Of a DNA stretch of 64,000 nucleotides, positions 12,642 through 23,707 are shown one piece after another (within the stretch, counting starts at the first letter, position 1; each line of letters opens with the position of its first letter). The notes beneath the pieces were generated by a model, which did no database searches, was not told where the DNA came from, and saw nothing but the letters and a program-made list of their open reading frames with translations. Origin of the DNA: Leucoraja erinacea (Eukaryota). The stretch lies in assembly GCF_028641065.1 (NCBI RefSeq), contig NC_073404.1:3844001-3908000 (forward strand). Direction: 5' to 3'. Made by a program: the position numbers and the translations under genes.

Positions 12642-12734
12642 CACGACCCCAGATATTATTTTATATCTTAGTTTTAATATTGGTCCTATTCTTCTGCACT
12701 ATTGTGATCATCCTACTAATTCACTTGAATAAAG
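12642..12734 (+). CDS. TAPBPL: Tapasin-family gene, transmembrane exon
   Basis: ttttcccacag acceptor and G|gtgagt donor; 93 nt, phase 1-1. Encodes ARPQILFYILVLILVLFFCTIVIILLIHLNK, a single hydrophobic span. Confidence 0.88.
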
Positions 12735-13146
12735 GTGAGTGCTTTCTGTTTTATTTTACATGTTATTAATGAGTGCGGGGTGATCCCATCTCTAGAGGAT
12801 TCTAGAGAGACCGCGTGGAGTCAGGCCCTTCAGCCCACCGATTCCGTGCAGGCCAGCGATCATCCCTTTCACTGGCACTATCCTACACATTAGGGACAAT
12901 TTACAAAAGCCAATTAGCCTACAAACATCCACATCTTTGGAGTGTGGGAGGAAACTGGAGAAAACACACACGGTCACGGGGAGTACATGCGAACTCCACA
13001 CAGACAGCATCCGTAGACAGGGTCGAACCCGAGTCTCTGGCGCTGTCAGGCAGCAACTCAACCGCTGCTGCTCAACCTTGCCGCCCTTTGTTGTTGTATA
13101 GTCTGGGGTTTGTTCTGTACAAGATGACGTCACCTGATGTCTATTG

Positions 13147-13450
13147 GGGCGGCCCGGTGGCACAGCGGTAGATTTGCGGCCTTATAGCGCCAGAGCCCCG
13201 GGTTCGATCCCGACTACGGGTGCCTGCTGTACGGAGTTTGTACATCCTCACTGTGCCCGCGTGGGTTTTCTCCGGGTGCTCCGGTTTCCTCCCACACTCC
13301 AAGACGTACACGTTTGTTGGTTAATTGGCTTCAGTGCAGATTGTAAATTGTGCCTAGTGAAGAGGATAGTGTTAGGGTGCGGGGATCGCTGGTCGATGGG
13401 CCGAAGGGCCTGTTTCCACGCTGTATCTCTAATCTAAACTAAACTAAACT
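13147..13450 (+). mobile_element. HE1-like tRNA-derived V-SINE, full length
   Basis: A box ggtggcacagcggta, B box ggttcgatcc, core gggttttctccgggtgctccggtttcctcccaca, LINE-like tail gggccgaagggcctgtttcc and (aaact)n. Confidence 0.88.
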
Positions 13451-13646
13451 ATTCATAGCCAATGTGTTTCCATTCCTGTAGCTTCAGTGGAGAGCAAGGA
13501 AAGCGTTTGTGCACATAACCGTGTGAATTTTACCCTGTAGTTTATCCATTTTGAAAAAGTGTTTTGAACAACGCTAGCAATGATGATGTATCAGTGATGT
13601 GGTGGTGCTGACATGTTGTAATGATGCTGTATTCTTTGCTTTGCAG

Positions 13647-13663
13647 TTATGGACAAAAACAAG
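13647..13663 (+). CDS. TAPBPL: Tapasin-family gene, 17-nt cytoplasmic micro-exon
   Basis: ttctttgctttgcag acceptor and AAG|gtaaga donor; phase 1-0. Encodes VMDKNK and joins the TM exon in frame to the KKPY* exon. Confidence 0.75.
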
Positions 13664-13968
13664 GTAAGAAAAATATTGTTTCAATATTACATTTATTCAT
13701 GCAGGAAAACAGTACAAAACATGATATGTTCCTAAGTCACTGGAGCAGTAGTGGACATTTGACCAATCTAGTCTACTCCCCCATTCAATCATGGCTGATC
13801 TTTCTTTCCCTCTCAACTCCATTCTTTTGGCCTCTCCCTATAACTCCTTACTCCCGTACTACTATAAATATCCAATGACTTGGCCTCCACAGCTGTCTGT
13901 GGCAATGAATTCCACAGATTGACCACCATCTACCAAATAAATTCCTCCTCATCTCCTTTCTAAAGGTA

Positions 13969-14600
13969 CAGTGCATTCAGAAAGTATTCAGACCACTTCA
14001 CTTTTTCTACATTTTGTTACGTTATAGCCTTATTTTAAAATTGATTAAATTTGTTTTTTTTTATCATCAATCTACACACAATACCCCAGAATGAAGAAGT
14101 GAAAACAGGTGTTTATAAATTTTTGCAAAGTAATTAACTGAAATATCACATTTACGTAAGTAATCACACTCTTTGCTATGACACTCAAAATTGAGCTTCG
14201 GTTCATCCTGTTCCCATCGATTATCCTTGAGATGTTTCTACAACTTGATTGGAGTCCACCAGTGGTAAATTAAATTGATTGGACATGATTTGGAAAGGCA
14301 CACACACCCGTCTATATAAGATCCCACTGTTGACAGTGCATGTCAGAGCATAAACCAAGCCATGAAGACGAAGGTACACAAAAATGCTGGAGAAACTCAG
14401 CGGGTGCGGCAGCATCTATGGAGCGAAGGAAATGGGTGACGTCACTTATCTCCTTCGCTCCATAGATGCTGCTGCACCCACTGAGTTTCTCCAGCATTTT
14501 TGCGTACCTTCGATTTTCCAGCATCTGCAGTTCCTTCTTGAACATGAAGACGAAGGAATTGTCCGTAGACTTCTGAGACAGGATTGTGTCGAGACCACGA
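13969..14600 (+). mobile_element. Tc1-like DNA transposon 5' fragment
   Basis: Begins ta|cagtgcattcagaaagtattcagacc, a Tc1-type TIR after TA. Transposase start MKTKELSVDF*DRIVSR at 14544 (ATG duplicated at 14362). Confidence 0.75.
14372..14544. mobile_element. Palindromic Penelope pLTR-derived short element inserted in a Tc1 remnant
   Basis: Same inverted arms as 2889-3088. Flanking direct repeat catgaagacgaagg at 14361-14374 and 14543-14556. Confidence 0.8.
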
Positions 14601-14924
14601 AGACCCGTTGCCCTGGCAACATTTCAGTGCGGCCTGGCCAAGCGTAGCCGTGGTGACCTCCGTCCGCTGCTCCACCGCTGTAGGCCGTGTGCGGTCCACG
14701 TGCTTGGCTTCTTGGAGCGGCGCCCGGTCCAGCCGAGCCCCAGGCTGCTGCAGGCCCTCCAGCGGCCACTCCCCCGTCTAGGCCGTGCAATCCCTCCCGC
14801 AGCCAGTCCGCTCGCCGGCCCTCCAGGTGGGTTCCATGCGCCCTCGATCCGTGGCGGGCGAGGCAGGGGGGTTCCGGTCCATGGCGTGGGTTTTCCAGTC
14901 ACGTTTCCTTTGTCTCCCCTGCAG

Positions 14925-14939
14925 AAGAAGCCGTACTGA
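14925..14939 (+). CDS. TAPBPL: Tapasin-family gene, terminal coding exon (KKPY-stop)
   Basis: Strong acceptor tttcctttgtctcccctgcag followed by AAG AAG CCG TAC TGA, giving a C-terminal KKXX motif. Confidence 0.78.
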   Translation, partial: KKPY

Positions 14940-15109
14940 GCCCAGGGAAGAGCACTCCAGGCAGGATGCAGCTGCTGAGGTGTCCTTGGAACATGTTCCA
15001 GTGCCTTCTCGCCAATGAACCTCTTCAAAACCCTTGGCTGTCGGTAAATGCATGGAGATTGGACGCACCGGCAACCCACATGGACCCATTGAGGCAAATC
15101 ACCCAGTTA

Positions 15110-15320
15110 TTTGTTTACCGGGGGAGGAATATTGACCAGGACACCAGACCCACTCATTGGGGCTTCACATCCACTCGACCCCCCCAGTGAAATGGAAAGT
15201 GGAGCCTCCATTTAAAGTTCCACCCAATGGGCATTTAATGAGGATTCTTACTGACGGTGTCTTGAAGTGAACCTGAACCTACAACCTTCCGAATTTGAGG
15301 CAGCAGCTTTAGCCATGGAG
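15110..15320 (-). mobile_element. Old Deu-domain (SacSINE/AmnSINE-like) SINE remnant in the tapasin-like 3' UTR; second copy at ~55930-56095
   Basis: The minus strand shows a tRNA-like ggttgtaggttcag head and ctggtgtcctggtcaatatt, which resembles the Deu core. Recognised from memory. Confidence 0.5.
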
Positions 15321-18300
15321 TCATAGAGAGACGCACCGACCAAGTCCAACCCGTCCATACCAGTTCTATGCCATCCCAATTGTTGATTGGTGGCTAGTGC
15401 AGACTTGGTGGGCCGAAGGGCCTGTTTCCATGGTGAATATCTGAGCTAAAGTCTAAGGTTTTCCTGTCTTTCACTGTTATCCTGGTTTCACAGTCCCGTA
15501 TCCCTTTGCCGTCACCTCTCCCACAGCCAACAATGGACCATTGTGGGCTCCACCTCTCCTTGATCATCGGTGCCGGGCAGCTCTGATTTGTTCTTTTCAT
15601 GCCTTTCATTCATTTGTTCTTTGCTCCTTTTTCATACCGCTCGTCTCCCTCTCCCCTGACTCTCAGTGGGAAGAAGGATCTCGACCCGAGACGTCACCTA
15701 TTCCTTTTCTCCAGAGATGCTGCCTGACCCGCTGAGTAATTCCAGTATTTTGTGTCTTATCTTCTTGCCTTAGTTGGCTGCAGTACTTAGACCAAGGTGA
15801 GGAAAGAAATGTGTTGCTTTTATTGCAATTAAAAAAAAACCTGATCCCATTTTCGAAGCAGAGCCTAGATACCAATGGATATTACTTTATTCCAAGGTTT
15901 CCTAAGGTGAAGTGCATTTGCAGGTTGGTATCTGGATTGTGTGACACAGAGGTGGCTGGGGTTTGATTTCTTAAAGAGGAGATCTGGAAGTTCATCTTCC
16001 AAAGGTATTGGCCATGGCTCATTGGGTAGTGCTCTAACCCCTCGGCCTCCGGGTGTCCCCAAGACATGCGGGTTTGTAGGTTTAATTGGCCTCCATAAAA
16101 TTGGCCCTTGTGTGTAAGTTCATAAGACGTGGGTGCAGAATGAGTCCATTTGGCCCATCAAGTCTACTCCACCATTCAATCATGGCTGATCTATCTCTCC
16201 CTCTCAACCCCATTCTCTGACTTTTCCACATAACCTTTGACGCCCGTACTAATCAAGAAAACTCTCCATCGCCGCTTTAAAAATACCCAAAGGCCTCCTC
16301 AGCATCTGGCAATGAATTCCACAGATTCACCACCCTCTGACTAAAGAAATTCCTCCTCATCTCCTTTCTAAAGCTACGTCCTTTTATACTGATGCTATGG
16401 CCTCTGGTCCTAGACTCTCCCGCTAGTGGGAACATCCTCTCCACATCCACTCCATCCATGCTTTTTTACTCTTTGGTAAGTTTCAATGAGGTCCCTCCCC
16501 CCCTCATTCTTCTAAACTCCAGCGAGTACAGGCCCAGTCCTGTCAAACGCTCATCACCCATCCTTTTTCTCTAGAGATGCTGCATAACCCACTGAGTTAC
16601 TCCAGCACTTTGTGTCTTATCTTCGGTGTTAACCAGCACCTGCAGTTCCCCCTTAGAGACAAAACCGTTCCTAGTTCATAGTTTAGTTTGTACTGTTGCA
16701 GTGGTTGGGGAAGAAGCAGCTCTTGGACCTGGAGGTCCACAGATTCACCACCCTCTGACTGAAGAAATTCCACCTCATCTCCTTTCTAAAGATAAGTGCA
16801 GGGAGTGGATGAGAAAGTGGGATAACATAGAACTAGAGGGAATGGTTGATCCGTGGTCGGCGCGGGCTCAGTGGGCTGATGAGCCTGTTTCCGTTCTGTA
16901 TTTCTAAACTAAACTATTTAGGGCATTAAACTGGACTTGATTATTTCTAGCGGGACGGTGGTGTAGCGGTAGAGTTGCTGTCTTACGGCGCCAGAGACCC
17001 GGGTTCAATCCTGACTTACGGGTGCTATCTGTGTGGAGTTTGTACGTTCTCCCCGTGACCTGCGTGGGTTTTCCCCGGCTGGTCCAGTTTCCTCCCGCAC
17101 TACAAAGACTTACAGGTTTAAGCGTTAATTGGCTTCGGTATAAATGTAAATTGTCCCTAGTGTGTTAGTGTGCAGGGATCGGCAAGGACTCCACTGGCTC
17201 TGCTTATGACTAGTTCATGGGCAGTACTGCAAGGCACCACCAGAGGGTAGTCTAGACCACATTTGTTAATGAACTCAATGTTGCTGTGATTTGTGTAGTT
17301 GCAGCAACAATTAGAAGTTGTGTGCAACAGATTTTTAACTCTATAACCGTGTACCCTTCATTGTCTTCACTAGATTACATGTACATTTCAGTGGTGCTGC
17401 TGGTATAGCCGCTGCCTCACAGTGCCGGAGACCCGGGTTCGATCCTGACCTCGGGTGCTGTCTGTGTGGAGTTTGCACGTGCTCCCTGCGACAACGTGGG
17501 TTTCCGGTTTGCTCCCACATCCCAAAGACGTGTGGGTTTGTAGGTTAATTAGCCTCTGTAATTTGCTCCTGGTGTGCCGGATGAACCAGTGGGATAAACC
17601 AGAGCTAGTGTATACGGGTGATCAACGGCACATTGGCCTTGAGATTGATCTGAACCCCAGTTTAGGTTTAGTTTATTATCACGTGTGCCGAGGTACAGTG
17701 AAAAGCTTTTGTTGCGTGCTAACCAGTCAGCAGAAAGACAATACATGATTACAATCGAGCCACTTACAGTGTATAGACACATGATAAGGGAATAACGTTT
17801 AGTGCAAGGTAAAGCCAGCAAATTCCGATCGAAGATAGGCTGAGGGTCATCAAAGAGGTAGATAGTAGTTCAGCACTGTTCTCTGGTTGTGGTAGGATGA
17901 TTCAGTTGCCTGATAACAGCTGGGAAGAAACTGTCCCCGAATCTGGAGGTGTGCGTTTTCATACTTCTATACTTTTTGCCTGATGGGAGAGGGGAGAAGA
18001 GGGAGTGGCTGGGGTGCGACTGGTCCTTGATTAAGCTGCTGGCCTTGCCGAGGCAGCGTGAGGCGCTTGCAGCCATTAGAAGGGAGGAGGTTGGTCTGGT
18101 CTGCGTCCACAATTCGCTGCAATTTCTTGCGGTCTTGGATGGAGCTGTTCAGGTCCAAGTTCACATTTATTGTCACATGCACCAGTTAAGGTTCAGTGAT
18201 ATTTGAGTTACCATACAGTCATACAAGTAAAAAAAGAACGCAACACACAATAATTTTAACATAAACATCCACCACAGTGGAATCAACATTCCCCACTATG

Positions 18301-19663
18301 ATGGAAGGCACTAAAGTTCAGTCATCTTCCTCCTTTGTTCACCCGTGGTGGTCGGGGCCTTGACCCGTCAGCACTGCCTCTGCCGATGGCTCGATGTTCT
18401 AGCCCTCTCGTCGAGATGATGGAGACTCGGGATGGATCGGAAAGCTGCATGTTGTGATGCATCCCGATAAAATGATTCCTACGGCGCACTTGTAGAAGTT
18501 GGTGAGAGTTGTAGGGGACATGCCGAACTTCCTATGCCTTGTAAGGAGGTAGAGGCGTTGGTGGGCCAAAGGGCCAGGTTTCCACGCTGTATCTCTGAAC
18601 TAATCGAAATTAGTTTTCATCAACGGAAATTTGACGCAACTGAACATGACATGACATGTGACAACTGACTTGTGAATGCGATGAATTGCCGGTGGTGGGT
18701 GGGCCGAAGGGCCTGTTTCCATGCTGTATCTCTGAAGCAAACATAACAAGTCTCAATGACACAGACATTAGTCATAAGTGATGGGAGCAGAATTAGGCCA
18801 TTCGGCCCATCAAGTCTACTCCGCCATTCAATCATGGCTGATCTATCTCTCCCTCCTAACCCCATTCTCCTGCCTTCTCCCCATAACCTCTGACACCCGT
18901 ACTAATCAAGAATCTATCTATCTCTGCATTAAAAATATCCATTGACTTGGCCTCCACAGCCGTCTGTGGCAAAGAATTCCACAGATTCACCACCCTCTGA
19001 CTGAAGAAATTCCTCCTCATCAACTTCCTAAAATAAAGTCCTTTAATTCTGAGGCTATGACCTCTAGTCCTAGACTCTCCCACTAGTGGAAACATCCTCT
19101 CCACATCCACTCTGTCCAAGCCTTTCGCTATTCTGTATGTTCCAATGAGGTCCCCCCTCATTCTTCTAAACTCCAGTGAGTACAGGCCCAGTTCCTCCCA
19201 TCAAAAGCTCATGATATTTCTATTCAGAGAGCCACTGTAATAAAGAGAGCAGGGTACAAGCGTGGGTGGTTGAGATGAACAATTTACTGTCACTGAACTT
19301 GTTCCCCTCATGAGTTGTGTCCATTGTTTCAATGAAAGGAATGTACATGGCAGGGCCACTCCTCAGGGTTGAACACAGGGATTCAATGTAAATCAAAAAG
19401 AACTGGAATAGCTGCTTTTCTCATTTAATCTTCATTGACCATATTATAGTACAGCACAGGATCTGGCCCTTCGGCCCACAATGTGCTGAACACGATGCCG
19501 AGACCAACTCTTATCTACCTGCACGATGGCGCAGCGGTAGAGTTGCTGCCTTGAGACCCGGGTTCAATCCTGACTGAAAAAGAGTTTCTCGCCAAGACCC
19601 CGTGGGTTTTCTCCGGGTGCTCCAGTTTCCTCCCACACTCCAAAGACATGCAGGTTTGTAGGT

Positions 19664-19872
19664 TACACAAAAAAGCTGGAGAAACTCAGCGGGTGCAGCA
19701 GCATCTATGGAGTGAAGGAAATAGGCAACGTTTCGGGCCGAAACCCTTCTGGGTTTCGGCCCGAAACGTTGCCTATTTCCTTCGCTCCATAGATGCTGCT
19801 GCACCCGCTGAGTTTCTCCAGCTTTTTTGTGTAACCTTCGATTCTCCAGCATCTGCAGTTCCTTCTTAAACA
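19664..19872. mobile_element. Palindromic Penelope pLTR-derived short element inserted in a SINE
   Basis: Same inverted arms; caggtttgt occurs on both sides (19651 and 19873). Confidence 0.75.
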
Positions 19873-20434
19873 CAGGTTTGTTGTCTTCTGTAAAATTGTA
19901 AATTGGCCCTAGACTAGGATAGTGCTAGTGCACGGGTGATCGCTGGTCAGCACGGACTTGGTGGGCTGAAGGGCCTGTTTCCGTGCTGTATCTTGAAATG
20001 AAACTAAGTTGAAATCCATATCCACGTGCCTATCCAAAAGTCTTTTGAACGCCATTATCGTATCTCCACCCCCACCCCCGGCAGTGCGTTCCAGGCACTC
20101 ACCACCCTCTGTATGAAAAAAAAAACTTGTACCACACATCTCCTTTAAACTTTTCCCCTCTAATGTTAAAACTATGCCCTCTAATATTTGATTTGAGATA
20201 TAGATGGTGATGTGGAGAGATAAAGAACAGTGAATGAAAGATATGCAAAAAAGTAACAATGATAATGGAAACAGGCCATTGTTAGCTGTTTGTTGGATGA
20301 AAATGAGAAGCTGGTGTGACTAGGGTGGGGCAGGGAGAGAGAGAGAGAGAGAGAGAATGCAGGGGCTACCTGAAGTGAGAAACATCAATATTCATACCAC
20401 TGGGCTGTAAGCTGCCCAAGCGAAATATGAGATG

Positions 20435-21066
20435 AGGATTTGAGTATAGGAGCAGGGAGGTTCTACTGCAGTTGTACAGGGTCTTGGTGAGACCGCACCT
20501 GGAGTATTGCGTGCAGTTTTGGTCTCCAAATCTGAGGAAGGACATTATTGCCATAGAGGGAGTGCAGAGAAGGTTCAACAGACTGATTCCTGGGATGTCA
20601 GGACTGTCTTATGAAGAAAGACTGGATAGACTTGGTTTATACTCTCTAGAATTTAGGAGATTGAGAGGGGATCTTATAGAAACTTACAAAATTCTTAAGG
20701 GGTTGGACAGGCTAGATGCAGGAAGATTGTTCCCGATGTTAGGGAAGTCCAGGACAAGGGGTCACAGCTTAAGGATAAGGGGGAAAATCCTTTAAACCCG
20801 AGATGAGAAGAACTTTTTTCACACAGAGAGTGGTGAATCTCTGAAACTCTCTGCCACAGAGGGTAGTTGAGGCCAGTTCATTGGCTATATTTAAGAGGGA
20901 GTTAGATGTGGCCCTTGTGGCCAAGGGGATCAGGGGGTATGGAGAGAAGGCAGGTACGGGATACTGAGTTGGATGATCAGCCATGATCATATTGAATGGC
21001 GGTGCAGGCTCGAAGGGCCGAATGGCCTACTCCTGCACCTAATTTCTATGTTTCTATGTTTCTATG
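20435..21066 (+). mobile_element. CR1/HER1-like LINE 3' fragment
   Basis: [16 protein letters not shown]2 end with a (tttctatg)n tail. Confidence 0.9.
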
Positions 21067-21835
21067 AGATGCAGTTACTCCAAAATATGAGATGCTGTTT
21101 AGCCTCACTCTGACAATGGATGAGACCTAGGACATAAAGGTCAGTGTGGGAATGGGAAGGAGAATTAAATTGTGTCTCTTATCCCTAACCAGTCTGAGGA
21201 AGGGTCTCGACCTGAAACATTACCCATTCCTTCTCTCCAGAGATGCTGCCCGTCCCGCTGAGTTACTCCAGCTCCCAGTGGCCAATACCTTGATGCATGG
21301 AGCCTTCTTTACCACTCTACATGTGTTGCCACTGTCAGAGAGCTATGGATTTAAACTCCCAGCTCCCTCGGTACATCAATACTGTTAAGGTTCTTGCCAT
21401 TAATTGTCCAGGGCCACTACCGATTTCCACCGGTGGTCTGGGCCCTCCTTTAATCCAGATAAAATCCCCGCACGGAGGTCCCCCTGAAAATGTGGCCCCT
21501 AGACCAGGTGAGGGGGCCGATCTCGGCTTCATCGGGACTTCCGCGGCCTCTGGAATTCCGACCCAGCCGGAGCCGGCAGATCCGTTCCCATAGCCGACTT
21601 TTGAGGCCGACTTTGCGGGCCAGTATCTCAGCCCCTCAAGCCCGTGACCTCTGTTGGTCTGGCAAAATCCAGCAAGGCTCTGGAACCAAGGGTGCCGGAA
21701 AATCCACTAATGGTTTTGTACCCCTCTATAAGATCACCCCTCATCCTCCTGCGCCTACTCCATCGAATAAAGTCCTAGCCAGCCCAACCTCTCCCGATAG
21801 CTCAGGCCCTCGAGTCCTAACTACATCCAGCTATT

Positions 21836-22147
21836 ATCCCTGTCCCACGGTACGAGTTCATTCCAAGAGCTCTCCCGAGTTTAAAAATCAAACTCGTGGT
21901 AAGCACAGAGAATGAACTGAGCTCGGGGACGTCACTTAGCGGCTCGTAACGCTAACGGCAGGTACTCGGGAAGACTCGCTAAAGGCAGGTAGGCACGGGA
22001 AGACTCGTGAAGATTTTTCAACGCGTTGAAAAATGTCCACGAGAGCCCTGAGTACTGACGAGTGGCCATTACCATAAATCTCCGAGTTTGAATCAGGGCA
22101 AACTCGGGGAGAGCTCTTGGAATGAACTCGTACCGTGGGACAGGAGT
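21836..22147. mobile_element. MITE of the same superfamily
   Basis: 38-bp inverted repeat cctgtcccacggtacgagttcattccaagagctctccc (21839-21876 versus 22107-22144). Confidence 0.85.
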
Positions 22148-22226
22148 TTAACTGTTTCTCGAGTCCATGTCCCACACCGTCAATGCACACAATTTGCAGC
22201 TCGATTCGATCTTGACACAAAATACA

Positions 22227-22232
22227 TTTATT
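22227..22232 (-). promoter_or_regulatory. Candidate polyadenylation signal of RAP1GAP2
   Basis: AATAAA on the minus strand, followed by GT-rich sequence, at the end of a repeat-free, UTR-like block (~22180-22860) downstream of the gene. Confidence 0.45.
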
Positions 22233-23707
22233 ACTGTGCAGTGCTACACAAAAATGAGTCAGCAGCAAACAGAATGTACATACAAGAAAGTCCGGATCCT
22301 CCAGTTTTTACATCACAACAAAATTAATTTTGCCAAAGTAGCAATAAATTAATTGTACAATATTTACATCTGTGGATCAATCAGGCAGCTTTGTAAAGCC
22401 CAGCCGCTTCTTAACAGCTGTTCTACTCGCGATGTACATCTATCTGCATGTTTACCCAGCGGCCTTGCACACTCCATGTTAGCCTGGGCCAGAGGTCATA
22501 GTAGTTCAAAGTTCAAGTCTTCGGCATCCCAAATACACATTACAGCAGGATCATAAAGGGCCCTCTTCCCCTAAACACCCGTCCTGATGTGCGTGTGTGT
22601 GCGTGCGCGAGAGTAAACTAAATAACGAAAATTAAAAATGTTACAATGGACAAGTACCAATTGGCTGGGACTCTTTGACCGGGCGGCAGGAGGGACTACA
22701 CTCACATTTTATTTCTACATCAAGCCGTTAAACTTGGCGAACGGGACCCAAACCGCTTCACGCAACATAAAGCAAAACAAACAGTCGCGCAGCTGCACAG
22801 TCATGGATGGGCAGGAAAGGTTGGCGTGGGCATGGGCCGGGCGTAGGCAAGTGGCACGAGCTTGGCAGGGCAACTGGGTCAGGGTGAAGGTGCAAAGTGC
22901 AGGGGCTGAGGAGTACATAGTGAAGGGGAGGGCAAGGCATGTGCGCTGGCACAGAGTGATACGATGGAAACAGGCCCTTCAGCCCAACTTGCCCACACCG
23001 GCCAACAATGTCCCAACTACTCTAGTCCCACCTGCCCGCGTTTGGTCCATATCCCTCCAAACCTGTCCTATCCATGTACCCGTCTAACTGTTTCATAAAT
23101 GTTGGGATAGTCCCTGCCTCAACTACCTTGTTCCATACACCCACCACCCTATGTGTGAAAAAGTTACCCCTCAGATTCCTATTAAATCTTTTCCCCTTCA
23201 CCTTCAGCCTACGTCCTCTGGTCCTCGATTCACCTACTCTGGGCGAGAGGCTCTGTGCATCTACCCGATCTATTCCTTTTATACACAGTATTAGTACAAG
23301 TAAGCATACAGTATACAATAAGCATACAGTAAGTCAGTCACCTCAGTTTGAAACCCGCACACTCCCAACATCATCCACACATCTCAAAGATCGTGCGGGG
23401 TTGTAGGACAGAGACCAGGTTCGATCCTGACCTCGGGTGCTGTCTATGTGGAGTTTGCACATTTTCCCTTTGACCGTGTGGGTTTTCTCCGGGTGCTCTA
23501 GTTTCCTACCACGTCCCAAAGACGTGCAGGTTAATTGGCCTCCGATAATTGCCCCTGGGGTATCGGGAGTGGGTGAAAAAAAATGGGATAGCATAGAACT
23601 AGTGTGAATGGGTGGTTGGCATGGACTCGATGGGTTGAACGGCCTGTTTCCATGCTGTAACTCTAAATTACTTTTAAAAAAACCACGACAGGTTATACCT
23701 GTGTAGG

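Noticed and set aside
13147-13225. tRNA-like A/B boxes (many copies)
   Set aside because: These are SINE heads that continue into the V-core and LINE tail; no complete cloverleaf.
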